DNA of 55,527 nucleotides from Promethearchaeia archaeon (GCA_029856155.1 JAHQWL010000021.1:1-55527); one strand, 5' to 3'. Positions 40,140-50,330 are shown, numbered from the stretch's first letter. Made by a program: numbers and translations. The notes: generated by a model from the letters alone, not told the origin.

Positions 40140-41000
40140 TTAGGATGACCTTGAAGGCATACAAATCCTTAAGCAGTAGCTGCAATAATTATTGTCTAAT
40201 ATGCTTTGTATACACTTGGATCGATCTATATGTGTGATTACACCATTTTCTTTTTCAATTGGAGTTTCAAGAACAGAACCTCCTTTACATTCCCTCACAC
40301 AAGCACCACACTTTTCACAGAAATCTTTTAGGTCACTAAAATCTCTTTCTTTTGTTTCAGGAATTTCTGCATCGGTAGTAATGATACTCCATCTTTGTCT
40401 GGGACCAAATTCCGGGGATAAAATTAATCCAATTCTACCCATAATACCTAAATTTGCTGCAGTAGCATGTGGACCATATAGAAGTTTTCCTCCAAAAGGA
40501 TGGTGAGCTTCACTTTTGTAGCCTTGTTCTTTTAAAAATTCAGTCAATTCCATTGTTACATCACCTAATATTTTATAGACTCGAAATACTTCTATTTCAC
40601 AAACCGCTCCTGGAGCTTCCTTGATTTTATCCCATTTCATTTCCATTCCGAGGACTATAGCATTTTTACCATATACTTTTAGGTCTTTAAAAATATAATT
40701 TTCATTAACAGGCGTATATCCTATGAGATCCACATCAAGTTCTTTAGCTTTTTTTTCAAACTTCTCCCAAAAATCAGTTGGAACCTCTGTTTTCTTATTG
40801 TTTTCATTTCCATATTTTGTTTTTCTTGCTTGTTCGAACCCCTTAAAAGTTCCTCTAAGATACTTACTGAATAGTTTAGCAGTTTCTCGATCTAAGACTT
40901 CTGCCGGACCTAAACTCATGCTAAATAGTTCTTTAGGAACAATAAAAACAAGATTTTCATTTTTTCCAGTATAAGTTGGCTCAATCCCTGCGTCTGACAT
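40140..41000 (-). CDS. QueG/reductive dehalogenase-like 4Fe-4S protein
   Basis: AANLGIMGR..LILSPEFGPRQR, FCEKCGACVREC, CSYCLRIC. Confidence 0.8.
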   Translation of the reverse strand: MSDAGIEPTYTGKNENLVFIVPKELFSMSLGPAEVLDRETAKLFSKYLRGTFKGFEQARKTKYGNENNKKTEVPTDFWEKFEKKAKELDVDLIGYTPVNENYIFKDLKVYGKNAIVLGMEMKWDKIKEAPGAVCEIEVFRVYKILGDVTMELTEFLKEQGYKSEAHHPFGGKLLYGPHATAANLGIMGRIGLILSPEFGPRQRWSIITTDAEIPETKERDFSDLKDFCEKCGACVRECKGGSVLETPIEKENGVITHIDRSKCIQSILDNNYCSYCLRICMPSRSS

Positions 41001-41077
41001 TTATTATCACTTTTAATTCAAAATACTAAAATTTTTACTTGTCTTCATATTAAATACAATATAAAGATAATGGTTTT
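40995..41077 (+). repeat. Diverged direct repeat of the divergent intergenic region at about 42752-42834
   Basis: Identical 'tcatattaaatacaatataaagataatggtttt' at 41045 and 42802; similarity extends left to 'tgacat'. Confidence 0.9.
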
Positions 41078-41113
41078 AAAGATAAATTCTCTTAAGTATA
41101 GTTGCCCTTTCTG

Positions 41114-41170
41114 CGCTAAAATAATTCTTGGAAAGTGTTCCTCAAATAAACGATATATCACATTGATCTG
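41114..41170 (-). pseudogene. Inverted diverged fragment of the SNF2 helicase gene
   Basis: QINVIYRLFEEHFPRIILA versus QINVTHRLSEEHFPRIILA at 43406-43462. Confidence 0.85.
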
Positions 41171-41385
41171 TGTGGTTTCAACTCCAATAATAAAGGTCAG
41201 GAAAAAATCTCTTAAAAAGGAGTAATTTGGACATAACCTATTAATTAAATTTTGATAATAAAATGAAAAAAACAAATTTAAAATTAAGATTTTCTAAAGA
41301 AAGTCGTTATAACTATGATATCGAAGATAATTATTTTTGAAAAATAATCTCACTTGATGTCAAAATGGGGTTAGTACATAATTTA

Positions 41386-42549
41386 TCATTCATTTATAAT
41401 ATTAGTCGTTATCTCTTTTTTTTTCAATCTTTTAACTATCAAAAAGCTAATTATTATTAATGCTGGATAACCTAAACCTATAGATAACCTCAAGATTACT
41501 CTACCTATAAAGACTTTTGGTATTGGTGTATTTATAGCGTGAAATGGTAATTCTGAAGGATAAGGGTCATACGATTTAGCAGAACCATCAACCTTATATG
41601 AACCAAAGCCCCACCAATCCGACCAATAATTTCCTTCTCGTAAAGATTCATTATACCAAACATTGTTTAAACCATCGTCTTTCGCCTGGCTTTTGCCTTC
41701 AAGGTGATTATTTACAAAAGAATTATGAAATATGGTATTATCGTTACTATCTATTAATAAACCATACCATTTTGTACCCTCTATCAGATTATATATAATT
41801 GAGCAAGAGTCTGGATAATATGGGCCAGGAGTAATTGTCAATAGAATGCCAAAATTGTTATTTACGATTAAATTGTCTTTTATTAAAAAATATCCTCCTG
41901 AATTTGCTAACCAAATCACTTCATAATTGTTGGTAATATTATTTTCAAGAATTCGTGAATATGGTGATCTATATTCAACTCTGATACAACATATATTATC
42001 AAATAATGTGTTATTTGCTACTAAGGCAAAAGGACAATCATTGAACTCTATAGCTTGTTCACAATTATAAATTACATTTTTTAAGATCTTAATATAAGGT
42101 GATTTACCAATGAATATGCCAAAATAATTGTCTGAAGTACAAGTATTATTTGTTATTGTTATAGTATTTTCAGTTGTATTGTAAATTTCTATTGCTCGAT
42201 AATGAGCATAAATGTAGCAATTTTGGATTAAGACATATTTGGTGGTATTTTCTAAATAAATACCATAATCTTTAGTAGTCGATATAACAAGATTTTCTAT
42301 ACGGTAAGGGTCGTTTTCGCTTCCTGAACCTGGGAAACTATAATTAATCAAATCTTGGTCTGAATTTATAAACATAAAGCAATCGCTAGGATCTGACGAA
42401 TATTTCGTATTCAAATTAATATCTTTTAAATAATTTTGCATACTATGCTCTTGTGATAGAGGAAATCCTTCAGATTTGGTAAAACACAATATAAAAATGA
42501 ATAAACATATAAGTACTAAATGTGATTTAAATCGTTGAATTTGGATCAA
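41386..42549 (-). CDS. Secreted right-handed beta-helix (NosD/PbH1) protein with C-terminal TM
   Basis: GSGSENDPYRIEN, NN..GI repeats, GNYWSD...DPYP. Confidence 0.85.
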   Translation of the reverse strand: MIQIQRFKSHLVLICLFIFILCFTKSEGFPLSQEHSMQNYLKDINLNTKYSSDPSDCFMFINSDQDLINYSFPGSGSENDPYRIENLVISTTKDYGIYLENTTKYVLIQNCYIYAHYRAIEIYNTTENTITITNNTCTSDNYFGIFIGKSPYIKILKNVIYNCEQAIEFNDCPFALVANNTLFDNICCIRVEYRSPYSRILENNITNNYEVIWLANSGGYFLIKDNLIVNNNFGILLTITPGPYYPDSCSIIYNLIEGTKWYGLLIDSNDNTIFHNSFVNNHLEGKSQAKDDGLNNVWYNESLREGNYWSDWWGFGSYKVDGSAKSYDPYPSELPFHAINTPIPKVFIGRVILRLSIGLGYPALIIISFLIVKRLKKKEITTNIINE

Positions 42550-42589
42550 TTCCCAAAAAGGATTGTATTGATTAAATAATAATGTATTT

Positions 42590-42757
42590 AATATTTAAAA
42601 TTTTCTCTAAGGTCTATTAGGGCTTTTATCATTAAACTAATGTTACGATCTAATACTTCTAATGACCTAAACTCAAATTAAGGAGTTCTAAGGGAAGAAT
42701 AAAAATAAGATTTTCATTTGTGCAAATATAAGTAGGGATAATCCTAAAATTTGACAT
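42590..42757 (-). pseudogene. Decayed 5' fragment of the QueG/RdhA-like gene
   Basis: MSNFRIIPTYICTNENLIF/ILPLELLNLSLG/LEVLDR (frameshifted) versus MSDAGIEPTYTGKNENLVFIVPKELFSMSLGPAEVLDR. Confidence 0.85.
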
Positions 42758-42826
42758 CTTTTATCATTTCTCGTCTAAAATGCTAAAATTTTTAGTTCTC
42801 CTCATATTAAATACAATATAAAGATA

Positions 42827-45800
42827 ATGGTTTTTAACTGTTACTTCTGCGGAAAAGCTTTAGAATCAAGATTTTCTAAATGTTTTAATATATATTGTCA
42901 AGGACAAAAGTTCAATATAGGTAATCTAGTCATATATAGGTTAAACCCAGATTTAGGAATAGGGCGTATAATTAAAAAGTTAGAAATTCCTACCTCAAAG
43001 TCTTTAGATGAAGAGGATACTTATTTTATAACTAAATTTAAAGTGTCTTTTAAAAATAATACAATCAAAATTATCCATCCGATTGATCTTGTCCATCTTA
43101 TTTTTGAGATTAATGACAAAATTGTGACTAAACAAGGAATAGGGTTCATTAATTCAAAGGACTTTCTTATTAAAGATGGAGTAATTTCCTATGAATTTTT
43201 AACGGAAAATGGTAAAGTAGCTCAAATTTTTGAAAATGAAATTTATTCTAAATATGAAACACCGATAAAAAATTTGATTTCAAAGGGGTTAATTGATCCT
43301 CCTAAGAATTTCTTGATTAAGTACTGGGCAAATTTATTCTATTCTTATTATAAATCATATCAAATCAAGTGTATTACTAATTCTCGGTTATCATTAATGC
43401 CCCATCAAATAAATGTCACTCATCGTTTATCTGAGGAACATTTTCCCAGGATCATCTTAGCAGATGAAGTTGGTCTTGGAAAAACAATAGAAGCAGGTAT
43501 TTATATCAAGGAAATGATGGCAAGAGATCTAGCAGAACGCATCTTAATTATTGTTCCTGCTTCATTACTTAGACAATGGCAATTTGAAATGGAAAATAAG
43601 TTTAATATTAAATTTACTATTTATGATGGAAAAAAAATCAAAGAATTGAAAAGAAAAGGGAGTTATAAGCATCCAGAAATTCTGCAAAATCCTTTCTATT
43701 ATGATAATTTAATAATTTGTTCACTTCAATTTGCGAGGAATAGAAACTATATTGAATTACTTTCAAATATATCATGGGATATTGTAATTTTTGACGAAGC
43801 GCATCATTTAAGAAGATATTTAATCAATGCAACAACTGGTAATTACCGAGAAACTCTTAATTATGAGTTAGCGAGAAATCTAAGTGCAAAATCAGAAAGT
43901 ATTTTATTATTGACAGCTACTCCTCTACAACTTCATTCTTTTGAATTATTCTCTTTAATTGAATTAATCCATCCAGAAATATTCCAAAACTTTAGTGGTT
44001 GTGAACATTTCCGTAAGAACATGCCATTCATAAATTTATTAACTACAAACTTGAATAATATTGAGAAATTAAACAATTTTGAAGTGAAAAACACAATAAA
44101 ACTTCTGAAAGACCTTAGATACGTAGAAAAAGACAAAAATATTAATGAAATTCTTTTAAAACTCAAAGATGACCCTTTTAAATTGAATTTATTGAGAAAA
44201 ATTGCAGAAGATCACACATTATCAAAATTCTTAATTAGAAACCGCAAGAAAAACGTGTTTACTGAAGATATGCTCAATAGAAGAATTGTAAACACAATTA
44301 TGGTGAATCCTACTAGAGAAGAATTAGAAGTCTATAATGAAATTCGTCTCTATTTAGCAAAAATATATAATTCTTCAATAAGTAAAGAAAATGTCGGGAT
44401 TGGATTTGTAATAACCACCCTACAAAAATTATTAACTAGTTCGAAATATGCATTTCTGAAGAGTCTTGAACGGAGACTAGACCAGATTGATAGATATAAA
44501 GATATATTACTTGATACTGATATCATAAAAGAAGGAAATCCTGAATATTATGAATCAGAATTAGAAGAAGAGTTATTAGATGCTGATGATATCTTTGAAA
44601 GTAAAGCAGAGAAGGAAAAAAAAAATGAAGAGATAGACCTTCTTAATCAAGAAAAGATATTGAAAGAATTTTATAGCAAATTAAAGGCATTACCTTATGA
44701 TTCAAAATCAGATAAATTATTGGAATTATTAAATAATATTTACACTCAAAATCCAAATGAAAAAATAATAATTTTTACCCAGTTTGTTGATACCTTAAAT
44801 CATTTAAAATCCCTAATAGAGAATCTTAATCATCAACTTAGTGTAGAATTGTTTTTTGGAGGATTAGATAATATACAAAAAGATGAGGCTGTTGAGAGAT
44901 TTAGGAACAGTATGGCGTTTTCTATCTTAATATCTACTGAAATTGGCGGTGAGGGTCGAAATTTCCAATTTTGCCGTGTTCTTATCAATTATGATCTTCC
45001 TTGGAACCCTATGAAACTTGAACAACGTATTGGTCGGCTAGATCGAATTGGACAAGAATCTCAAGAAATTTATATCTACAATTTCTTTATGGAAGGAACA
45101 GTCGAAACAGATGTAATTCATGCATTAATAAAAAGAATTAATCTCTTTGAAGAATCTATTGGAATTTTAGAACCTATTATCGGGAGAGTTGAACAGGATT
45201 TTAAAAGCATAATTTTTGCTCAAGAAGATGGTAAAAAGCGAAAAAGATTAAATGAATTTTATCGAACTCTCGATGATGAAATAAGAAAAGCAAGAGAAAT
45301 TGAGATGCAGTTAGATGATTTAATGATAGATAAAAGGTCTTTTCAAATGGAGGGGCTTGTGGGGTCATTAGCGTCATGTCTAGAAGTAAAACTTTCTCAT
45401 AATGAATTATATTTGTTGATGAAACAATTTTTTAATACAAATGATAAAAAATATGGAAATCTAGAAGATTTTCATGATGAATTGGGAGAAATTTCACCAG
45501 ATTTTTCTTTTCAATCAAAATTCAAATTATCCGATTATCTGTTAAATAAACTTAATTATAAACTTCAAGACGAATATAAAGGGACTTTTAATTTAGAACT
45601 TGCTAATAAAAGAGAGGAAATAGATTTTTTTGCTTTGGGGCATCCCTTAATAAATAACATTTTAGATTATATTTTACATGATGAATTTCAAGGAAATTTG
45701 AGTGTTTTAAATCTAAATAAGAATGAATTAAAGAAATATCATGATATAAAATTAATTCAAGAAAATGAATTGTATTTATTTATTTTCTCAGTTAAATTTC

Positions 45801-46408
45801 AAGGTTATATTATTGAAAATCAAATTCTTAGGACCATTGTAGATAGAAATGGAAATGAAATTGAAAATTTATCTGATATAATATTAGATATCAATATGTT
45901 CAATAAAATAATTAACTTCAATCGAACTGAAAATAAAATCACTATAGATTATAATTCTATTAATGATATTCAACAGAAAGCCAAAAAAATCATTAAATCA
46001 AAAACAACAAGCTGGAAAAGAGAGATTAAAATCCTAAATGATAAGATTTTTAATCAAGAAAAGAACAAAAAAGACAAGATATATTCTCATAAAAAAAGAA
46101 ATTTGAATCTTAAATTAGAATCATTAAATAGGGCATTAGAGAGAAATGAAAATAGACGCCCTAGTCCACGACAACTTCAAAATATTGAAAAAATAACTGA
46201 ATCAAAAAAAAAGCACGAACGTTTAGAAAATATTAAAAAATTGGAGGAAGAAATTAAATTTCTTAAGAGAGATATACAATCAATAAGTAAAAAATTAGAT
46301 GACTTAGCATTCGAAAATGAAGATTTAAGGAATGAAATGAATAGAAGGAATATAGCAAAATTTTATACTAATCTCCTATCATTTGCAGTAGTGAAAATAA
46401 TTAGTTAA
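42827..46408 (+). CDS. SNF2/RapA(HepA)-family helicase
   Basis: LADEVGLGKT, DEAHH, LTATP, GGEGRNFQ, DLPWNP, QRIGRLDRIGQ. Confidence 0.92.
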   Translation: MVFNCYFCGKALESRFSKCFNIYCQGQKFNIGNLVIYRLNPDLGIGRIIKKLEIPTSKSLDEEDTYFITKFKVSFKNNTIKIIHPIDLVHLIFEINDKIVTKQGIGFINSKDFLIKDGVISYEFLTENGKVAQIFENEIYSKYETPIKNLISKGLIDPPKNFLIKYWANLFYSYYKSYQIKCITNSRLSLMPHQINVTHRLSEEHFPRIILADEVGLGKTIEAGIYIKEMMARDLAERILIIVPASLLRQWQFEMENKFNIKFTIYDGKKIKELKRKGSYKHPEILQNPFYYDNLIICSLQFARNRNYIELLSNISWDIVIFDEAHHLRRYLINATTGNYRETLNYELARNLSAKSESILLLTATPLQLHSFELFSLIELIHPEIFQNFSGCEHFRKNMPFINLLTTNLNNIEKLNNFEVKNTIKLLKDLRYVEKDKNINEILLKLKDDPFKLNLLRKIAEDHTLSKFLIRNRKKNVFTEDMLNRRIVNTIMVNPTREELEVYNEIRLYLAKIYNSSISKENVGIGFVITTLQKLLTSSKYAFLKSLERRLDQIDRYKDILLDTDIIKEGNPEYYESELEEELLDADDIFESKAEKEKKNEEIDLLNQEKILKEFYSKLKALPYDSKSDKLLELLNNIYTQNPNEKIIIFTQFVDTLNHLKSLIENLNHQLSVELFFGGLDNIQKDEAVERFRNSMAFSILISTEIGGEGRNFQFCRVLINYDLPWNPMKLEQRIGRLDRIGQESQEIYIYNFFMEGTVETDVIHALIKRINLFEESIGILEPIIGRVEQDFKSIIFAQEDGKKRKRLNEFYRTLDDEIRKAREIEMQLDDLMIDKRSFQMEGLVGSLASCLEVKLSHNELYLLMKQFFNTNDKKYGNLEDFHDELGEISPDFSFQSKFKLSDYLLNKLNYKLQDEYKGTFNLELANKREEIDFFALGHPLINNILDYILHDEFQGNLSVLNLNKNELKKYHDIKLIQENELYLFIFSVKFQGYIIENQILRTIVDRNGNEIENLSDIILDINMFNKIINFNRTENKITIDYNSINDIQQKAKKIIKSKTTSWKREIKILNDKIFNQEKNKKDKIYSHKKRNLNLKLESLNRALERNENRRPSPRQLQNIEKITESKKKHERLENIKKLEEEIKFLKRDIQSISKKLDDLAFENEDLRNEMNRRNIAKFYTNLLSFAVVKIIS

Positions 46409-46417
46409 TAGGAGATT

Positions 46418-46948
46418 TTACTTAGAATTTACATTTTTTAACATTCGAGTAGTTAAATTTAAGAAAGCTTCTTCGACATTTTCGCCTGTTTTTGCGGAAG
46501 TCTCAACATAATATGTTTTTTCTTTTTTAGCAAAAACTTGAGCACTTTCTCGTTCGTACAGTTCATCACTTTTTTCAATTAAATCTGCCTTATTACCAAT
46601 TAACACAAATGGTATGTTTTCACCAGCATATTCATGCAAATCTTTTAACCAATCTTCAAGTTCTTCAAATGTATGCCATCGCGACAGATCAAAAACGATT
46701 AATGCTCCATTTGCGCCATCAAAAAAGCTTGATCGTAGAAATTTATATCTATCTTGACCACCAATGTCCCAAATCTGCAATTTTATTGTTGTCCCTGGTT
46801 TATATTCAATAATTTTTGATAAAAAGTCAGCACCAATAGTTAATTTATACCTAAAGGAGAATTTATTATCAACAAACCGGTGCAAGAGTGATGTTTTACC
46901 GACAGCCCCAGGCCCTATTATTATGACCTTGAATACATAAAGTGACAT
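46418..46948 (-). CDS. Rab-like small GTPase
   Basis: GPGAVGKT, TIGADF, WDIGGQ, NKAD, ETSAK. Confidence 0.93.
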   Translation of the reverse strand: MSLYVFKVIIIGPGAVGKTSLLHRFVDNKFSFRYKLTIGADFLSKIIEYKPGTTIKLQIWDIGGQDRYKFLRSSFFDGANGALIVFDLSRWHTFEELEDWLKDLHEYAGENIPFVLIGNKADLIEKSDELYERESAQVFAKKEKTYYVETSAKTGENVEEAFLNLTTRMLKNVNSK

Positions 46949-47064
46949 AATGGATGATCAATTACTTATACAGTTCTAATAAATAATCTCCATTAGATAT
47001 TTAAACATTTTCGAAACCATCGAGTTTAAATAGAAAAAATTTTGGAAAAAAAGGCAAAAAAAGA

Positions 47065-47595
47065 TTATGTAGAATTAATATATTTTATAATCTTCCTTGT
47101 GAGTTCGATGAATGCATTTTCTACATTATCACCTTCTTTGGCTGAAGTTTCAATATATAAACAATTCTCTTCCTTAGCATATTTAGATGGTTCATTTCGG
47201 TCGATTACCTCACCTATTTCAGAAATTAAGTCCGATTTATTTCCTATTATTACTACTGGAATCTTTTTTCCAATTAATTGTTTCATATCAGAGAGCCATT
47301 CTTTCATTCTGGGAAAAGTTTGAGCTCTTGAAAGATCAAAAACTACTAATGCTCCATTAGTTCCATTATAAAAACTAGGAAGCAATGATTTAAAGCGATC
47401 TTGTCCTCCAATATCCCATATAAGTAACCTTACTTTTTGTTTTTTTTCATATTCTACATATTTACTAAAAAAATCTACTCCGATCGTAAATTTATAGTTA
47501 AAAACAAACTTATCTTCTACAAATCGGCGTATAAGAGAAGATTTACCTACTGCTGCTGGTCCAATAACGATAATTTTAAATGAATAATCTTCCAT
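47065..47595 (-). CDS. Rab-like small GTPase
   Basis: GPAAVGKS, TIGVDF, WDIGGQ, NKSD, ETSAK. Confidence 0.93.
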   Translation of the reverse strand: MEDYSFKIIVIGPAAVGKSSLIRRFVEDKFVFNYKFTIGVDFFSKYVEYEKKQKVRLLIWDIGGQDRFKSLLPSFYNGTNGALVVFDLSRAQTFPRMKEWLSDMKQLIGKKIPVVIIGNKSDLISEIGEVIDRNEPSKYAKEENCLYIETSAKEGDNVENAFIELTRKIIKYINST

Positions 47596-47756
47596 TTCAT
47601 TGAAATTTAAGAACTTTCTTAATATAAAAATATATAAAAGTCAACTAATTTATATTGTTTCATTTTAAAAACTTTAATGAGCGGAGAAATCACAAAAAGC
47701 GTAAAAAAAAATAATGATAAAAATAAGCAAAGAATTAATTTTTTTTAATACTTATT

Positions 47757-48287
47757 TTAAGAATATTTTTCTATCATCTTTCGAGTAAGATCGAGAAAAG
47801 CTTTGTCAACATTTTCTCCTGTTTTGGCGGAAGTTTCAATATAAATACTATCTTCTTTTTGTGCAAATTGAAGAGGCTCATTCCGGTCAATTATTTCTCC
47901 AATCTCTGGGATTAAATCAGATTTATTTCCAATTATTATAACTGGAAAATCTTTCTCAATCGCTTGGCGAGCATCTGAAATCCACTCCTTCATTTTCTCA
48001 AAAGTATTTGCTCGTGAAAGATCAAAAACTACTAAAGCACCATTAGTCCCTTCGTAAAAACTCCTACGTAATACTTTAAACCGTTCTTGTCCACCGATAT
48101 CCCATAATGTAAGCTTAGCAGCTTTCCCCGTCTCATAGTCCACCGTTTTTGTCATAAAGTCTACCCCAATTGTAAACTTGTAATGTAGGGAAAACTCATT
48201 TTCTACAAATCTACGTATAAGGCTTGACTTGCCTACTGCTGCTGGACCAATTACGATCAATTTAAACGAATATACTTGTTCGGACAT
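47757..48287 (-). CDS. Rab-like small GTPase
   Basis: GPAAVGKS, TIGVDF, WDIGGQERF, NKSD, ETSAK. Confidence 0.93.
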   Translation of the reverse strand: MSEQVYSFKLIVIGPAAVGKSSLIRRFVENEFSLHYKFTIGVDFMTKTVDYETGKAAKLTLWDIGGQERFKVLRRSFYEGTNGALVVFDLSRANTFEKMKEWISDARQAIEKDFPVIIIGNKSDLIPEIGEIIDRNEPLQFAQKEDSIYIETSAKTGENVDKAFLDLTRKMIEKYS

Positions 48288-48444
48288 TTTTTATTAACCA
48301 TCTCTAATACTATTGATTTTTTAAGAGTATCAACTCTTTAAGCAAATAGGATTATAATTTTAAACTTGTTATTTTGCTAAATAAAACTTGTTTACTTCAA
48401 TATAATTCTAATATACCAAGTAATTTTCTAATATTAAAAACAAC

Positions 48445-49260
48445 TTAATCCTTAATTAAGTTATATTTTTTTCCATATTTTCTGAATAATTTAGTGCCCC
48501 CTCCCTCTTGTAAAACCTGTAGCGTTGCTTCTGAATCAAAGATTTCCATTCCGCCAACTATATCCACACCATAATCAAATAAGATGTCAGGTATCATACT
48601 AGCAGTAGGACCAATTAAAATTATTTTTCGAGCCTTCTTCTTGAATATTTCTAAAATAGATTCAAGAGTATTATTGATTAAAGTAGTTCCGGTACAAACT
48701 AATATATCAGTTGAAATTTCTTCTTGTTTTAGGTGATCAATACTACGTTTGAGCTTAATATCCTTGAATTCTGGAGAAATTGAAAGACTATCCTCTATTA
48801 CTGTAATTGAAGGAGATATTTTATAAATCTCTCTTATTAATGGTTTAATTAATCCTATAAATGTAACTTTAGTATCTCCATTAATTTTTACAAGCTTTAA
48901 TAAATTCTTTTCTTCGAATTTTTTGTAAGGATTTACAATTTTTAATATATGCTGTGAAACACCATTTAAAGTGGCGATTCCAATAATTTTTTTAAGACTT
49001 GGTGGTTCAAAAGCCCAATTCAAAAGCTTACTGATAGGTTGATCTGTCAGTTTACCAGCAAAACTGATTTTACTACATTCAGTTTTAGTAATAATACTTT
49101 GTAAGGTCGATGCTAAACCTAAAAAGGGTTCATACGCATATGCAGTAACTTCTACTCCAGTATAGCCTAATCCAATTATAACTTTTGTAATTTTGGGTGG
49201 TATAATTTTGTGAATTTTGTATATTTTTTTAACAAGATCAACAGTTTTTTCCAAAATCAT
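48445..49260 (-). CDS. DUF364 / Rossmann-like domain protein
   Basis: GIATLN, TGTTLINNTL, IGPTASM, GVDIVGG. Confidence 0.85.
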   Translation of the reverse strand: MILEKTVDLVKKIYKIHKIIPPKITKVIIGLGYTGVEVTAYAYEPFLGLASTLQSIITKTECSKISFAGKLTDQPISKLLNWAFEPPSLKKIIGIATLNGVSQHILKIVNPYKKFEEKNLLKLVKINGDTKVTFIGLIKPLIREIYKISPSITVIEDSLSISPEFKDIKLKRSIDHLKQEEISTDILVCTGTTLINNTLESILEIFKKKARKIILIGPTASMIPDILFDYGVDIVGGMEIFDSEATLQVLQEGGGTKLFRKYGKKYNLIKD

Positions 49261-49286
49261 AGTTTATAATATTCCTAAGATATTAA

Positions 49287-49730
49287 TTACCCTTTTACTT
49301 CATAAATAGTATCACAATAAGGGTCTCCTCCTGCAACAGTTTTAACAATCTTGAGTTCGATCTTATCATTAACCGCTTCACGGAAATATTCATGATCAAT
49401 AGCCATAACGGCTTCACATAATTCTCTAGACGTATTTTCAAGACCAAATGGGCACTTGGTACCTTGAATCTGAAATTTTTTATCCGAGATCGAAATTACC
49501 TTTATGGATTTTTGGTCAAAACTCTTCGAGAACGCTTTAGCTACAGAAGTTAAATTGTTCATTGGAAGTTTTTTTTTAACTTTTAGACCCAATGACTTAC
49601 CTTGCTTTAAACAAACATTTTTTATAATGGGTAATGCTTCTCTTCCAAACTTTTTATACACAGCTTTAATTAACAAACCTTGAGCTTCAATTGGATTTAC
49701 TGGTAATTTATCATCATTATTTTGTTCCAT
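49287..49730 (-). CDS. ATC hydrolase-like / V4R-like small domain protein
   Basis: KCPF...LC...D...GDPYC. Confidence 0.65.
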   Translation of the reverse strand: MEQNNDDKLPVNPIEAQGLLIKAVYKKFGREALPIIKNVCLKQGKSLGLKVKKKLPMNNLTSVAKAFSKSFDQKSIKVISISDKKFQIQGTKCPFGLENTSRELCEAVMAIDHEYFREAVNDKIELKIVKTVAGGDPYCDTIYEVKG

Positions 49731-49886
49731 TTTCTAAAACTTTTTTATTTATTTATTATGTCTAAAATATTATTGTTTAACAAAATTATACTTGGTTTTT
49801 TAGTTTTATTTGCTTGTTTTTTTTATTCTGTTTAAATACTAATGATTCTTATATATTGTTAAAACCCTAATTTATGAGGTTTTACC

Positions 49887-50270
49887 ATGAAATATGTAAT
49901 AATTGAAAATGAAAAAATCGGAGAAGTAAAAGCAAAATTGTTAATTGATAAAAATCCCAAAACATATCAAGTAATATGGGATGCTCTTCCATTTAAAGTT
50001 AATTTATCGAGATGGGGTGAAGAACTATATGGTGATTGCCCTGTCGTAATTCCTGCAGAAAATTCTCAAAAAGAATGTGATGTTGGAGATGTGGGGTATT
50101 GGATGCGTGGCTAAGGATTCTGTATTTTTTGGGGTCCTACACCAGCGAGTTCAAGCGACAAGCCTATTGCTGCGACTCCTGTTAATATATTCGCTAAAAT
50201 TGAAGGTGATTCTAAAATGATTTTTAATCCATTTTCCTCTTTCCAGGGAACGATTAAAAAAGGAGAATAG
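49887..50270 (+). pseudogene. Cyclophilin-like fold protein (TM1367/DUF369-like) interrupted by in-frame TAA at 50112-50114
   Basis: ...RWGEELY...GDVGYWMRG*GFCIFWGPTPAS...PVNIFAKI; the same frame continues to TAG at 50270. Confidence 0.82.
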
Positions 50271-50330
50271 TCAAGATGTTCCCATTTTTTAATATTATTA
50301 TTGTAAGCTAATGAGAATAGTGATTTTTTA

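Noticed and set aside
41045-41275. 76-aa ORF as a real gene
   Set aside because: It is a mosaic of helicase remnants and duplicated intergenic DNA
26450-42850. IS element or prophage as the cause of the duplications
   Set aside because: No transposase, integrase, terminal inverted repeats or viral genes recognised; the duplicates are long, diverged pieces of host genes
50112-50114. Programmed recoding of the TAA
   Set aside because: TAA is the dominant stop in the window; single instance with no recoding signal seen
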